A stretch of 64,000 nucleotides of DNA, taken from contig NW_027361770.1 in the NCBI RefSeq assembly GCF_039654945.1, positions 21,886,001-21,950,000 of the forward strand. The letters are read 5' to 3'. This document shows positions 63,199 through 64,000 of this stretch, piece after piece. The notes beneath the pieces were generated by a model, which was not told the origin of the DNA, did not search any database, and worked only from the letters and a program-made list of their open reading frames with translations. The stretch is from Dendrobates tinctorius. Its lineage: Eukaryota. The position numbers and the translations under genes were made by a program. The stretch's first letter is position 1. Every line of letters starts with the position of its first letter.

Positions 63199-64000
63199 CA
63201 CTCCTCAACATTGAAATTGCAATGCAAAGAAGAGCAAGTTGTGGAATTATGGAAAAGAAAGGATCAATAGACATGTTAATGATTTGCAAAGGATAAAAAA
63301 ATGGAAACATTTTCAGTCATTCAGATTTGAGTATGGCGCCCATTTGCAGAAATGCACACAGTTACTCTCCCTGGCTGCTATCAATGAGGTTAGAAGAATA
63401 TTTCTAATTGAGTGTCCTCAGTGGTTGATACCTTATAATGGCTAACTGAAAAGATGGTAACAAATTGCAAGCTTTCGGGATTACTCAGGTCTCTTCATCA
63501 GGCAAAGACTAGTAATAACACATCTGAAGAAACACATATTTATGCACAACACAGCACAGAAAGAAATAATGCAATAGATAAGACAAGTGATGTGACATGA
63601 AGCAGAAATATCAGTGAGGTTATTAATTGTTGTCAAAGGAATGTTCTGCAGTGCTGATTTCACTGAGGCATGCAAATCATGAAGATCAACTGCTGGTGGC
63701 TCATTGATCAATTGCCATTCAATGAAATACAAAATATGCATGATGTGTGACAAGTCCAGGATGCTGCAGGCCATGGTAAAATATTTTGGCCATGCAGGTG
63801 ACTCACAGTTCTACCAAAAACATGCAGCTTTGCATTGTAATTTTAAAAAAATCAGCTCCTGTAACACTTTGGAGAAATGACATTACCATAGTCCATAGTT
63901 TCCATGATTGATCTGTACTACACAGTAAGTGAAATTGGACATCACATACCAAGCCTAAGGTGTCAAACAGTGTCTACACAAACTATCAGAAGGCATTTTC
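63199..64000 (-). mobile_element. Decayed Tc1-like element end
   Basis: TA followed by a CACTCCTCAACATTGAAATTGCAA TIR-like end; minus-strand WPAASWTCHTS resembles a decayed WPxxSPDL motif. Confidence 0.45.
63465..63505 (-). ncRNA. Minimal type I hammerhead ribozyme in a short (about 220-bp) insertion
   Basis: Minus strand TTGC-CTGATGA-A-GAGAC-CTGAGTA-ATCCC-GAAA-GCTT-GCAA. The core is canonical, stem III is the palindrome AAGCTT, and stem II is partly mismatched. Confidence 0.75.

Overview
This is eukaryotic, non-genic DNA made almost entirely of nested transposable elements. The element families suggest a frog (anuran) genome, which is an inference. I found no convincing host protein-coding exon. 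From left to right: (1) a large ZBED4-like hAT transposon with a disrupted transposase, 129-bp and 124-bp internal tandem arrays and a captured, diverged antisense 18S rRNA fragment; (2) a cluster of nested Ty3/Gypsy (sushi/PEG10-like) elements; (3) a full-length Penelope-like element with pseudo-LTRs and hammerhead-like motifs; (4) an intact DD36E Tc1/mariner (Incomer type) inserted in a non-autonomous Helitron; (5) further Helitrons, two of them joined head to tail; (6) degraded hAT, Tc1 and L2 remnants, with several N-masked blocks; (7) a non-autonomous Gypsy element with a 5-bp TSD, whose 3' LTR holds a 7-kb two-gene PIF/Harbinger; (8) hammerhead-bearing short retroelements, solo LTRs and a tRNA-derived SINE. 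The Harbinger has an intact spliced transposase and a spliced MADF gene. It also carries two arrays built of long hairpins, one of them 9 pre-miRNA-like hairpins filling an in-frame intron. The top leads are these hairpin arrays and the 18S cargo in the hAT element. All alignments and counts were made by eye.
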